64,000 nucleotides of DNA from Convolutriloba macropyga (Eukaryota), in the NCBI RefSeq assembly GCF_964194025.1, contig NC_134468.1, positions 36,084,001 to 36,148,000 of the forward strand, written 5' to 3'. Of the stretch, positions 22,283 through 34,174 are shown in pieces. The stretch's first letter is position 1. Every line of letters begins with the position of its first letter. The notes under the pieces are model-generated. The model searched no databases. It saw nothing but the letters and a program-made list of their open reading frames with translations, and was not told the origin of the DNA. A program made the translations under genes and the position numbers.

Positions 22283-22640
22283 GATGTAATTTCACAGCAT
22301 TCATTGCTTATCTCACATATTTTTAACACTTTTTCTAAGCGGTGAATTTATGTAATTTCAACAGTAATTAAGCGGTTCGTTCATGTAATTTCACCGCATT
22401 CACTGCTTATGTCACCTAACTTTGACACTTTTTTCTAAGCGGTGAATTTATGTAATTTCACTGCATTGACCGCTTATCACACATATTGTGGACACTTTTT
22501 TTAAGAGGCTAAATTGCGTAATTTCACCGCTAAATTCAATGGTGAATTTATGTAGTTTCAACGCAACCGGGCGATAATTTTTTTCACCGCATTCACCGTC
22601 TGATTTATGTAATTTCACCGCATTCACCGCTAATCTTACA
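22283..22640. repeat. Cluster of atgtaatttcaccgcattca / gcggtgaattt repeats
   Basis: About six degenerate copies; the motif is shared with the adjacent MITE. Confidence 0.7.
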
Positions 22641-22734
22641 TAAATTTGAGTTGAACGGAGTTGACTCTTCGACCGGGGTACTTAAAACTTCCACAACAAG
22701 CCTGAGCAACTAAATAAAATAACATTGTTTTTAG

Positions 22735-23168
22735 TCGTCAAAATGTACTTCAACAATGACGCGAGAATTCCCTGTGTTGTGCAGAAACTTATGTCACTAA
22801 AGTTTTTGAGTAATAATTTGGTGGTGACTACAGCCCCCAATACTGAGTCAAATCATGTAACACAGCAGAAGACAGTTGGTTGTTCAATATTCTCTGGAAA
22901 TGTTGACAAATACAGAAACGATGACTCGCGCAATCTTCATGGTTGTAGGGAAAAGGCGGCAGAAACCATTCAAAACAGGGGAGGCGTCGACATAATGAGC
23001 GAAGCCACGGGATTCTCTACCGAGGATAAAACTGGAATGCAAAGCATCGTGGACGAGTCAGAAATGAGGAGAAGTTATGCTGCTGTGATGGATCGGATCT
23101 TTCTTTGTCTACACGTGGCGACGATGCTGGGCATTTTAGTCTTTTTCGCCCAAAAATTCACTTCTTGA
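22735..23168 (+). CDS. Cys-loop channel copy 1, terminal exon (intracellular loop and M4)
   Basis: gtttttag acceptor in phase with the 14492 donor (G|TC GTC AAA); ends AAVMDRIFLCLHVATMLGILVFF. Confidence 0.85.
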
Positions 23169-25140
23169 AACGAACAAACTTCACATCTACAATAATGATT
23201 GAACTGTGATCTACAATTATGATTAAAGTAAAAACACAGGTTAAAAATGAGTGACCACGCTTGTTGAATGATGTTTATAGCCCAATGTAAAACATTTCAC
23301 GCACAAGTCATTGACTTGAATAATTAACTTCAGTAATGTTAGCGTGTTTTGTGTGGTATATATAGCTGTGCAGGTGCTAGGACAATATATCGAAAGACAA
23401 CAGATCGAAAACTAAATTTGAGACAATAGATCGGAAACTAAATTAATCAAGTTGCGTATTGGCCAATCAAAGTGAGGCACGGTCATAATTTGTTAATTGT
23501 ATTGCAGCTCGCAAAAAAAGCTTAAATTCAACCTATAATGCTTAATTTTCACCTAATAAGATTAATTTTCCATCTGTTGTCCCAATTTTTCTGTTTTCGA
23601 ACTGTTTTCTTTTGGATCTATTGTCCGGCCACCAGCTGTGCTTTATTTGACTTATATAGTTTTTATCTCGCTGCGAGTTTAAAAATAAATTGTTTTCGCA
23701 AATTAGCAACTCCTAATGCACTCTAAAAAAACTTCAGGTAAATTTACCTGAAAAACACATGAAAATACCTGAATCGTTCAGGCAAAGTGTTCTCACCTGA
23801 AAAACACCTGAAATCGCTTCATTTTACCGAAATGTTACCTGAAAAATTCAGGCATCACTGGCTGAACTTTTACTTGAACATGCCTGAAAAAAAAAGCTTG
23901 AACAGTTCATGCAAAACTTTCTTTTTCAGATGAGTGTTTTTACCCGTATCTTACTTAAGTTTTTCAGGTAAAACTACCTAAAAAGATCGGTAAAATTCAG
24001 CTAGATACACCCGGACCCTAGTACCATAGTAAATCAGTACTCAAACATTGCATTCCAATTGTACATCGTCGGCCCAGTACCGTATCAGTGCATCCTAAGA
24101 GTACTTGGCTACCACATTATGTGTAGTCCATTCGCATAGATACCTTTTTTCCTGAAAATAGACAGCGCATTATTGGTTTTGATTCTCATGATGTTCATAG
24201 CAAAATCATGATAAATTCTGAACGTTTCAAAAAAATAATGGGCGATGCACTTTTTTGAGCATCATGATGACTTACAATCTTAAAACGTTGCAAAAAACCT
24301 ATTAAGAGTAGCAAAAAACCGCTAGAACCAGAAAATACATGCCGGGAAACTGACAAATTTGGACCGAAATTAAATATTTTTATGGTTTTTATTTCAGATT
24401 GTGATGGAATTTTGTGTCTTATTTGTGAAGCTATTGAGAGAAACTGCTGAAACTATGACAAACTGACATTTAATAATATTAAACTGAAAATACAGTCTTC
24501 ATTAATAAAAATAGAGATACAATTGATTGTTGTGTGTCTCCAGGTTTCTAATCTATTAGCAACCGAAGCTTTTCTCCTTTTTTTCAAATTTTTCGCATTC
24601 TGGAATTCAGCTAACCAGAACATTCACAGAATTGCAAGTGCATGATAAATGAAGAATTGGATTTTGGACTATTCAGAGTATTTTCTGAGAACCGTTTTTT
24701 ATTATGATTTTTTGTCTGAACAGTGTAAAAAATGACATGATCTTAATCTGTTCATAGTAAAATACAGACTGAGAAATACTATGATTCAGCGCTGATCTAC
24801 AATTTTACTATGGTCCGAGCACTCCCCCGGAAAAAAATTGCTTGAACTGTTCAGGCATTTTTTACCTGAAAATCACCTAATTATCTCAGGTAATTTATAG
24901 GTGCCTCGAATTGCAATGCTCCGTATCCTGACACGTTTTAAAAAAATCATATGGTCTTTTGTAATTGCAAAGCAAACTATGACATCTCGAGAAAAAGAAT
25001 AACTTCAAAAACTGTAGATTTAGAGTACCAATGAGAAACTGGAAGTTTCCCAAAATTTTTTGTTCTGTATACTCGTAATATATATTCTGTATATTCATCC
25101 TACTCCCTTATTAAAAATTTTTTTCTTGCACTAGAATTGT

Positions 25141-26079
25141 TGAGTAGCCACTCTTGTCCGTCTCGTTAACGAATGGTTAACTTGTAAGAACTTGCAAGTT
25201 TCTCGCAAAAAATGGTTAAATTGTAGGAATATGCAAATGTCTTACAACAGGTGGTTAACTTGTGAGAACTTGCAATTTGGAAAGTAAACTTGTAAGAACT
25301 GGCAAGTCGAATGGCTAATTTGTAAGTTTCCTGAAAAAACGTTAAGGGTTGAGCTCGACTGTTTTTGGTTATTTCAGTTTAACTCTCAGTCATTTACCGT
25401 AGAAAGCGCGTGTGAGTTAGTTGCTCAATTTGGATTACATATTACAATGCAACCTAAGTTTGTAAACTGTTTACTTCTCAATTTTTTCGACTCAAGAGGT
25501 TCTTTTGCAATTCAATTGATGAACAGTGGATCTCAATTAGCTTCACGATTGCTTTTTAAAGGTGTTCCTAAAATTTTATACCCTTTTTAACTTTGATTGA
25601 AGTTTCAAATTCATATGTCAGCCTTTTCCAAAAAAAAAAAATTATGACCCTTCATTTTCTTTTACCATTTCTTTTTTAATATCAATTTACATTTCTCCAG
25701 ATAGTATGAAGCATATGTTTACAATGATATCTTGCAATGTTTCATTGTTTTTGCTACAATATAGGCAGAAAAGTTGTCTGGTAACAACTTATATTGAAAG
25801 AACTTATGTAAGAAATTATGTAAGTCAAATGTTTAACTTGTTAGAACCATGCGAGTTGAATGATTAAACTTTCAAGAGCCTATTAAGTCGAGTGGTGAAC
25901 TTTAAGAGCCTTGTAAGTCGAATGACTATTTTGCAGTAACTTGTAAGTTGAATTGTTAACTTGCAAGAACTTTTTTTGGAAGAAAAACTTGCAAGGCGAT
26001 GCATCGCCTTGTAAGTTTCTGCCAGAAACTTGAAAGTTCTTACAAGTTAACCTCGGACTCGACCCGGCCGGGTGGACTC
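25141..26079. mobile_element. Non-autonomous TIR element with subterminal aacttgtaagaacttgcaag repeats
   Basis: gttaacttgtaagaacttgcaagtttct (~25176) is mirrored by agaaacttgaaagttcttacaagttaac (ends ~26051); repeat clusters lie at both ends. Confidence 0.6.
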
Positions 26080-28414
26080 ATGACGATGAAATTTGTTGAG
26101 GAAACAGTCATCATAGATCTACAGCGGTGTTTTTTTTTGCTGCTATATATTTAGTAGCTGTTGAAAACAGTCGAATTACGGAAAAGAAACAAAGAGCATA
26201 AAACCTTTTCGATGGAACAAAGATTATTTAACCTTGGTATTTTCGGCTTAAATGAAATTATAAATCATCAGAGAAATTTGATTCAATTTTGACTTTGTCT
26301 TTATATGTCTAACCAGATGTAAGAAAATTTCAAGCACAATTTCTAAAACATTTCAAAACACTCTAAAACTTGCTGGAATTCATACATTGAAGAAGGTATT
26401 ACCATGGTCGCATTATAGTATGAATTACGTAGACAGCGGGGAAAAAGGTCAGGAAAGCAGTTTACTACCAAACATGTCAAAATCTTTTGCCGAAAAGTTT
26501 TATGGTTCAATCAAGCTGTGAAATTATTGTGCATTGGGAGAAAAATTGAATTCAAACAGTAATACACATAAAAATGAGGAATTTTTAAAAAGATAAAGAA
26601 CAGAAACTTTCGGGAGAAAACGCAAGACAAAATACCTTCGACAAAAAAATTGGGCAAAATATAGTTAAGCATTGAAAAGCTGCTTCAAAAATCAGGAGAT
26701 GTTGTGATACCTGATCATCCTTTTGATCGATCCACCCCACCTATTCTGGAATCTGGGAATGCTATCCCTCCCAAAATGCATATTGGGTGAGGGAAATCAT
26801 TCCCCATCTCCCATGGGTGAGACGGATCGATTTGCGCACTCAAAGCGTTTGATCCCCCGTGTTGAATTTTCCCGGCCAAAATGACGTAAGAGNNNNNNNN
26901 NNNNNNNNNNNNNNNNNNNNNNNNNNNNNNNNNNNNNNNNNNNNNNNNNNNNNNNNNNNNNNNNNNNNNNNNNNNNNNNNNNNNNNNNNNNNNNNNNNNN
27001 NNNNNNNNNNNNNNNNNNNNNNNNNNNNNNNNNNNNNNNNNNNNNNNNNNNNNNNNNNNNNNNNNNNNNNNNNNNNNNNNNNNNNNNNNNNNGGTTTGGA
27101 TTTATAATGGCTCAGAGAAACGGAGAATCGTTAAAATTAACAAAATGAGACCCCGCGGTTCTGCGAAAGAAACAAAGCGACATTTGTCCGCAAATATGAA
27201 AGAAAGTATGCGTCAAGATGAGAAACATATAAAAACTATAGCTTAGCAAACAGCAACTAATTGCTAAAAACAGTTAAATGCCAAAGAAAGAACAGAGATT
27301 CAAACTTGATAATTTTAATAGATTTAAGGTTTTTTTCAATAAAATCTCTAGCTAATAATATTGAGCAACCTACATGAATAATGCATTTTTTATGCCTAGT
27401 TTTTTTAAGAGTTTTTTTGAGAAAAAGTTAATTCATTACTTCAAGTAAAATTTATTGAGTCTCTGCTTGCACAAGACTCAATAAATTCAGGGTTGCACAA
27501 CTGCACAAAATTGAGGAACAAAGGGGCCTCCCGTCCAGTTTTAGGAAGCAAAATGAATGAGGATTAATGAAGGGTTTTTGTGCTCTTGAAAGGAGGGGTA
27601 AACCAATTACTTGTTGCATATAATAAGGCAAGACAAGTTTCTAGTCAAGTAAATTCAGGTTACAATTTTTCAGTTTATGTTTTCTCGGTTAACCGTTTTG
27701 CTGGAAAAGTTTGGACGGAGTCAACTTTTTCTCATGCGTTGACTTCCTCTTGAAGTTGCGACTTTCATCCGCAACATGCCTAAACGCGCTGTTCTTTTCA
27801 TGAACTTTTTGAAATCACCAAAAACTTTTTTTTTTCAAGAAAACGGTGAATCGAACGTTTTAAAAAGAAGTTTGTTGCATAAATGACGCATCTTGAGCAA
27901 TTTCTGCGGTTTCGAGAAAAGAATTCGGAGGTACTGAGATGGCCTTCGAGCAGTTCAGAGATGAACCCAATTAGTTAGTTACGAGAAATGTTGAAGCGTT
28001 TTTCAGCTAGAAATGTTGTAATTGACTCAGGCATAGTCCATGAACCTGTAGGAAAACTATGGAAGCCTTCTGGATGTTAAAAAACTAAAAGCGTCAGTAT
28101 GTGTTACTAGTTAAATATAGAAATACTGTTTTTATGATTTGACGTCACTATTTGATGATTTGACTTTTTTGATGATTTGACGTCCTTGACTTGTACGATT
28201 TTATTATCATCGCGTTTACCCACTATGGTTAAACTATTAAAACCTTAAACAATAAATTTTTAACCCTGATAAGTTCGAAAAAAGCGATATCTTACAAATA
28301 CCTCATCAAAATTTCGCGCATCAAAGTCTTCCTAATGCAGCCACGCAGTTTTTACTACTTAATACTATTTAGTTACTTGTATAGTATGTAAATACGTTTG
28401 TTTCAATTTTCCAG

Positions 28415-28852
28415 ATGTGAACAAAAACTACCTTCAGCCAGATGAAAACAATTCAGCCCCACTCAGACTTCAATATTACACAGAACACGAGCAGTGGCTG
28501 CTTCCGACGACTGCCTACATCCACAAAGTATTAGACTGGCACCACCCTTTAACTGCCAGTATGAACATGATAGCAATTGAGATCACATTACAACGTCGTT
28601 CATTATTCTTCGGATTGTTTCTCATCTACCCAAACGTTCTTCTTTATTTCCTCTCAGCCTTCGCATACCTTATCCCGCCAGAACCTGGCGAGAAAGTAAG
28701 CTTTGCAATGACTCTGCTACTGGCAGAGGTAGTCAATTTTGGGGCGATGCTGACCATTTTCCCATCCAGCTCTCTGAATGTTCCTGTTATTGTCTACTTC
28801 GCGTGCGCGGTGTCAGGTCAGATGATGCTCATGTGCATTTTGGCCATATTCG
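28415..28852 (+). CDS. Cys-loop channel copy 2, exon with loop C and M1-M3
   Basis: tttccag acceptor and G|gtaagt donor; same 438-nt length and phase as copy 1; YLIPPEPGEKVSFAMTLLLA. Confidence 0.9.
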
Positions 28853-29086
28853 GTAAGTCTTTTTGACTTAAGCCGATGAAAACAGAATGTCCATACGATA
28901 AACGCAATATGTTAGGAGGCCGCATGCTTTTAATAGAAAACTTCATTGAATAAGAAAATCCATTCAAATACTGGTCATTCATTCTGTATATTTACCTTGG
29001 TTCTCTTAATAAGTTAGAACTTAAATTCAACCCTCAATAACTTCATCAGAGTCCCACAACCTATACATCACAGTAGTTCTTTTCAG

Positions 29087-29487
29087 TGGTAAAACTGAAC
29101 TCGATGACAGATGAAACAGTTTCGAGGATCTTTAAGAAAAAAGTTGAACCCCTGAGTGGATCACATGAATTGAACAAGAAATATCAACGCAGAGAATCCA
29201 CAAAATCATCTGCCGACGGAAGCCACGGATCAACTATTACTGTTGAGGACATCGACCAGCTTTCAGTTAGTGAAGGCTGCGAAACTGTTATTTCAGAAAC
29301 AGAGCGAGTAGAACAAATTAATGCTGTCCAGCATATTTCGGATGTTTTGGACAGACTGGACACGAAGACTATCGACAGCTCGGTCTATTGCATTAAACTA
29401 GCAGCCATTTGTGATAGATGGTTCTTATGCTTTCATACTGTACTTACGATTGTCATTACGGCCATATTCATTTATCAGTTCTGTTAA
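29087..29487 (+). CDS. Cys-loop channel copy 2, terminal exon (M4)
   Basis: ttttcag acceptor in phase; INAVQHISD..LAAICDRWFLCFHTVLTIVITAIF. Confidence 0.87.
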
Positions 29488-29913
29488 ATCATTGATCAAA
29501 TCTTAATTTTGCGGTTTTTTCATAACCCGATTGTTTAAGCCAAGAGGCGTTTTTGGCTATCAGAATAATCTGTATTTAGAATCAAAATTTGATATATTTA
29601 TGATATTACCCTTTGTGCTGTAATCGTGTATATTCTATCAACATTAATTTAGTGAATTAGCTTACTTGTAGATAAATCTACCTTCATTTTTATAATAAAT
29701 TTATCCGAAATTTTGTAGTGTGCAGTTTCTGGTGAGTTTGGAGTGATTTCAAAATTGATTGTCCAGCAAAGTATTAATTCCCAAAATAGACCGATTTTAA
29801 TGCAAAATAACCTGTCTGTATCTAAATTCAGAGCAAGCAGTATCTAATATTAACCAGAAAGTTCTCATTAATTCAGCTTATCTATATTTATATTTTTAAA
29901 CATACTAATTGAG

Positions 29914-30408
29914 TCATCTAATCATGTAAACTCCGCAAAAATCATTTTGTTGAAATTCAAGTTTTAGATTCTGGAACCCGTTATCTTGCGGATTCTTCTG
30001 AAAGTAAAAGCCTTCAATTGTTCCAGAACTTTTCTCCAAGCAGATATAATAGAACCCTGAAAAGGAGCACAACTCTGATTCCTTAGAATTTGGATTACTT
30101 TTCGGGATTATGAACAGCTCCTTCCAGCGCATAAAAATTGCATCAGCATTTATGAGTTTATTGTAATCAAAGTCATCATCGTTGAAGGTCGTTTCAAATT
30201 GTTTGAAATGCTTTGTGAATTTCGACCAATGGATTTGATCAATGTCATAGTCTGCCTCCCATTTGCGGGTGAGAAATGGGTGCTTTTCACAGATAATTTC
30301 GCCTTGGAAGAAGGTCGTGGTTTCTGAGTTGGGTTCTGGGTGAAGATTGCAAATGGTTAGTCGCCCGCAGAGTGTGAAAGAGTCGTAATCGATGCTCTCA
30401 AAAACAAC
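29914..30408 (-). CDS. GID4: GID4/Vid24 (CTLH/GID complex Pro/N-recognin), last exon
   Basis: tttcag acceptor; VVFESID..LCGRLTI..TTFFQGEII..HPFLTRKWEAD..D..HWSKF..DDFDY..IFMRWKE..SFSGFYYIC..IEGFYF..FQNLKL. Confidence 0.95.
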   Translation of the reverse strand, partial: VVFESIDYDSFTLCGRLTICNLHPEPNSETTTFFQGEIICEKHPFLTRKWEADYDIDQIHWSKFTKHFKQFETTFNDDDFDYNKLINADAIFMRWKELFIIPKSNPNSKESELCSFSGFYYICLEKSSGTIEGFYFQKNPQDNGFQNLKLEFQQNDFCGVYMIR

Positions 30409-31420
30409 CTGAAACAGTGGCTAAAAGGTGCATATATAACAATTAGCTTATCATACAACCAAAATTTGCCGTTCAAAAAAACGATTGCAAAATTTACTTG
30501 TCAATAGAACAACCATATTAGACATTCACATTTACAAAACGCGAGCAACATTCTGATGATTAAACACTAAACAGCCAGCAAGAAGGCTCGTTAATATACG
30601 TCACTCGTCTCATTCACATTTTTAACTGAATTGTCTCCCAAGAGAAAGAAAACAATTATTCGAAAGCAATTGTTAAATGAGTAAATGGTTTTAACCGAAA
30701 TACATTAAATGAAATAATGGCAGGTATGATACCTGTCATTAATACGACTACGAGAAAAGACAAACAATAAAAGAGAACAACGACAACAACATTAATTACG
30801 GTCTAACTCATTTTCTATTGGTTCTTCTTTTAAAAGAAACACTGACTAACGAAGTCAAAATTGCATCAACTAAAACCTAAACAAATCAACTTATACTTCA
30901 CTTCAAGCAGACGGGAGCTGTCCGTAATGAGATTCGGCAAAAAATCGACAAAAACGAGCACAAAAGGCTTTAAGGCATCATAACCATCTGCTTTCAACTA
31001 AAAATACTAGATAGATTTTTATGCAAATTCTTATAAGTCAACGAGATCGGTCATCAAAGCGATAATGAACTAAATAATGCCATCTTGGAGAGCCGTTGAG
31101 ACCTGCTATAAATGAGACCAGGAGGCAAGAAAAACGACATAAGCAGTTAACAAAAAAAGTTAATGATGACCAAAATTTTTTACAAGCACAAATCAAACCA
31201 GACAAAAGTCTAAATAGCATCAAAAAGCATCAGATAGAAATCTAAATAGCATCAGAACAAATTATAGTTCTCTAGAAAGAATATGAGACCGGTCCTGAAT
31301 GCGACTAGGAAATAAGTCGATAATAGAGCAAACTTAAGGTCAAGCTAAAGTCGACAAAACAAAAGCAAAAAGTTTGCAAAAGCGTTCATAATTTTGATAA
31401 TAATTAATTTCAAAATCAAA

Positions 31421-31928
31421 TATAGCTGGCAGATTGCCAGAAAAAAGCCGCAAGTAGGTAGATCTGCAGTCTCAGCAAAAAGTAAAAAAGACAGACCAAA
31501 AAATTTTGTCTTTTCATTGAAGGCTGATATGTTATGTTTTGATTAAAAATCTGTTTAAGTTTGTGCTGCCTCTATTAGCTGCTCTCAAATAACTTTCATT
31601 TAGAGTGACACACACCTATTTGACCTTATCTCTTTGAATTGAAGTTAAAAAAAGTCAATTTCAAAGTGAGGAAGAAATTTTTGAGAGTGAGGTAAGTCAA
31701 GTGTGACCAAAAAATTAATCACACGAACGAACAGAAAAATTCACTCAAATAAGAGCGAAAAATGACGTGACGCACGCACTTCAGTTGAAATTCCATGAAC
31801 GAAAGAACAAAAAGCACAAGTGAAGTGGTTGTGACGTCATATGGTCGTAACAAAAATCTTGACGACGAAATAAAGAAAAACCAAGAGAAGCGCAATAATA
31901 GCCCCAGCTATCGCTGTGCGGCTATTAA
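31421..31928 (-). mobile_element. Helentron/DINE-like non-autonomous element (~500 bp), copy 1
   Basis: Subterminal inverted repeat (a)agccgca / tgcggctatt and terminal hairpin ctggca-gat-tgccag next to an A run. Confidence 0.6.
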
Positions 31929-34174
31929 TAATTTATTATGCAGGTTCTGAATTTATTAAGCAGGTTGAATTTATTAAGCAGGTTCTGTTATACTTTAATG
32001 GGAACTCATTGGGACCTGTCATTATCCACAACATATTCGACTGCAAAAAAAGCGCCCAACAAATACCCAAAAAGCAAAAATTTTGGGAGAAAACGGTGGC
32101 AAAGCAACTAAAACCACGAGGAATCACAAAACAGATTATAAAAGTTCAATTGATTTATTTGTCAAAGCCAACGGGAACCATTATTAATGTTGTAATGTGA
32201 CACGAAAACAAAAAAGAAACTCAGTAAAGGGTAAATATCCGGAAACCACAAAATAATTATGAAAACTCGAAGTATAAGAGCCAAAATACAATTAAATTAA
32301 AAACAAAACCATTATAAAGTTTCAGTTTTTTCTCTAAACAGAAGATGTAGCCAGTTTTTCCTGAGACTATGCTACAAGTTGACAGCAATAAGATAAAAAT
32401 TGTGTAAAATTTCACTGATTCTTAAAACCAAATATTTTCAAAAGTCATAACAACCATAAACTTTCAACTCATGGAAAACATACCCTGAAGATTGCCGTAA
32501 AATAGCCTCCGTTGATTCCCATAACTCTATTGGGATTGAAAGAAGAGAAAATATCAATAAAAATTGATTTTTGTATAAAAACATTTTTAAGTGCGATTTA
32601 TTTTGATGTCATTTCGTAATTGAACATACTCCTCTCTCTGAGTGAGAGGCTACAGGGCCTAGTATCAATACCAATAAGCATTATAGATAGTAACTAAAAC
32701 AATGTTCAAGTACCGGGCATCTAAAAATGGGCTTTATGGGTTTATCCCGTTTCTATTTCTGACTTTGATTTTTTTTATACTGAATCTCTTCATTTTGAAT
32801 TGCTTTGCTGAGCAGCTGCTGTTTAAAAAGACTTTAAGCAAAATGACAGAAGAGTGAAAATAGCCTAGAGAAGTCAAAAAGATTTTACGCAAACTGTCGA
32901 AAAAGCGGCAAAATAGGTAAAGCGAAAAAAAGTTAGACGATGTAAAAAAAAAAGCAGGACAAGTCCTGACGTACAATTCAAAGAATTTTCATTGACTAAA
33001 CAAAAACTAGGCCTAGAACGGACTATGAGTGAATTGGGAGAACCATTCAGAAAAAAAACCAGATAAAAAAATTGGAAAAACAGTAAAAATCCAAGTGAAA
33101 TTGCCGCATGTGAACAAAATCATGAAAATGTGTGAACAGATCTTAAAACATAGCCGGAAGAATCCGGAAGCCACTCGAAGCGCAAAAACTTCACAAAAAA
33201 CAGTAATTACAGCTGAAGCCATTACTTTTGAATTAAACCATAAACTCGTTAGTCCCCCGGTCTAATCTAAAAATTGCTGAAATTTAAACCACTCACCAAG
33301 AGAAACAAAAGGCATCAAAAATATATTATTGAAAACGTTTGGTAACGTTAAAAAAGTGCAAATAATTAGAATGGTCAAATACTGAACGGCTGAAAAAGGT
33401 GACAGGGCTATCGATTGCCCTCAATATTTCATGATTCTAATTTCAAAAAGATCGCGAAAGCAAACAGCAGATAAAAATAATAACTTCAAAACTAAGTTAA
33501 ATTTTTCAAAAATAATGCTCAAATTTAAGAATAAGAAAACTACTATACTTAGATTTCCAATCACTGCAATTAAGACAAACACAACATATAATTCTGATTT
33601 GTTGTATATATGCTAGACAACATGATTTCAAACTAATTCAAATATTAAAATAATCAGAAAAGCAACAATAATATTCAAGGGAAAAAATCGTTTAAGAAAA
33701 ATACCAAGGTCGGAAAAATATTACAATGAAAATTAATAAGTGAAAATATTGAAAAAGACTACCTAGCCAACTCTCAGTACTGCCTTATGTTGAATGAAAT
33801 CAATTGCAAACCAAAGAAATGACGAAAATCTAAGAAAAAGCTGAAAGCATTCACTTTTATAAAAACTGAAAAAATCAATATAAACAATATAAATGTAGGT
33901 GCCAGGACAGAGCTACAATGATACAAACAGGAATGTGAAGAATATGAACAAAATGTAAGGAACACTGTAACAAAGACTATTTTTTGATTATCGAAAGTTA
34001 AAAATTAAATAAAAAACAAGAAAAACGAATACCTTTCATTTTTCAGCATTCGAGACATAGAAAAGTCAACGAGTCATCCGAGAAAAAGTTTCATCCTCCT
34101 AAACAGAAGAAAAAAGAGAAAAAGCAGAAATAAAACATAGGAAACATTGAAACATTTTGCAAAAAATGGTCAAA

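Noticed and set aside
27500-28080. Possible decayed coding fragment or missing receptor exon
   Set aside because: Trial translation of the minus strand gave stops and no motif I could assign; no receptor-like exon was evident on the plus strand.
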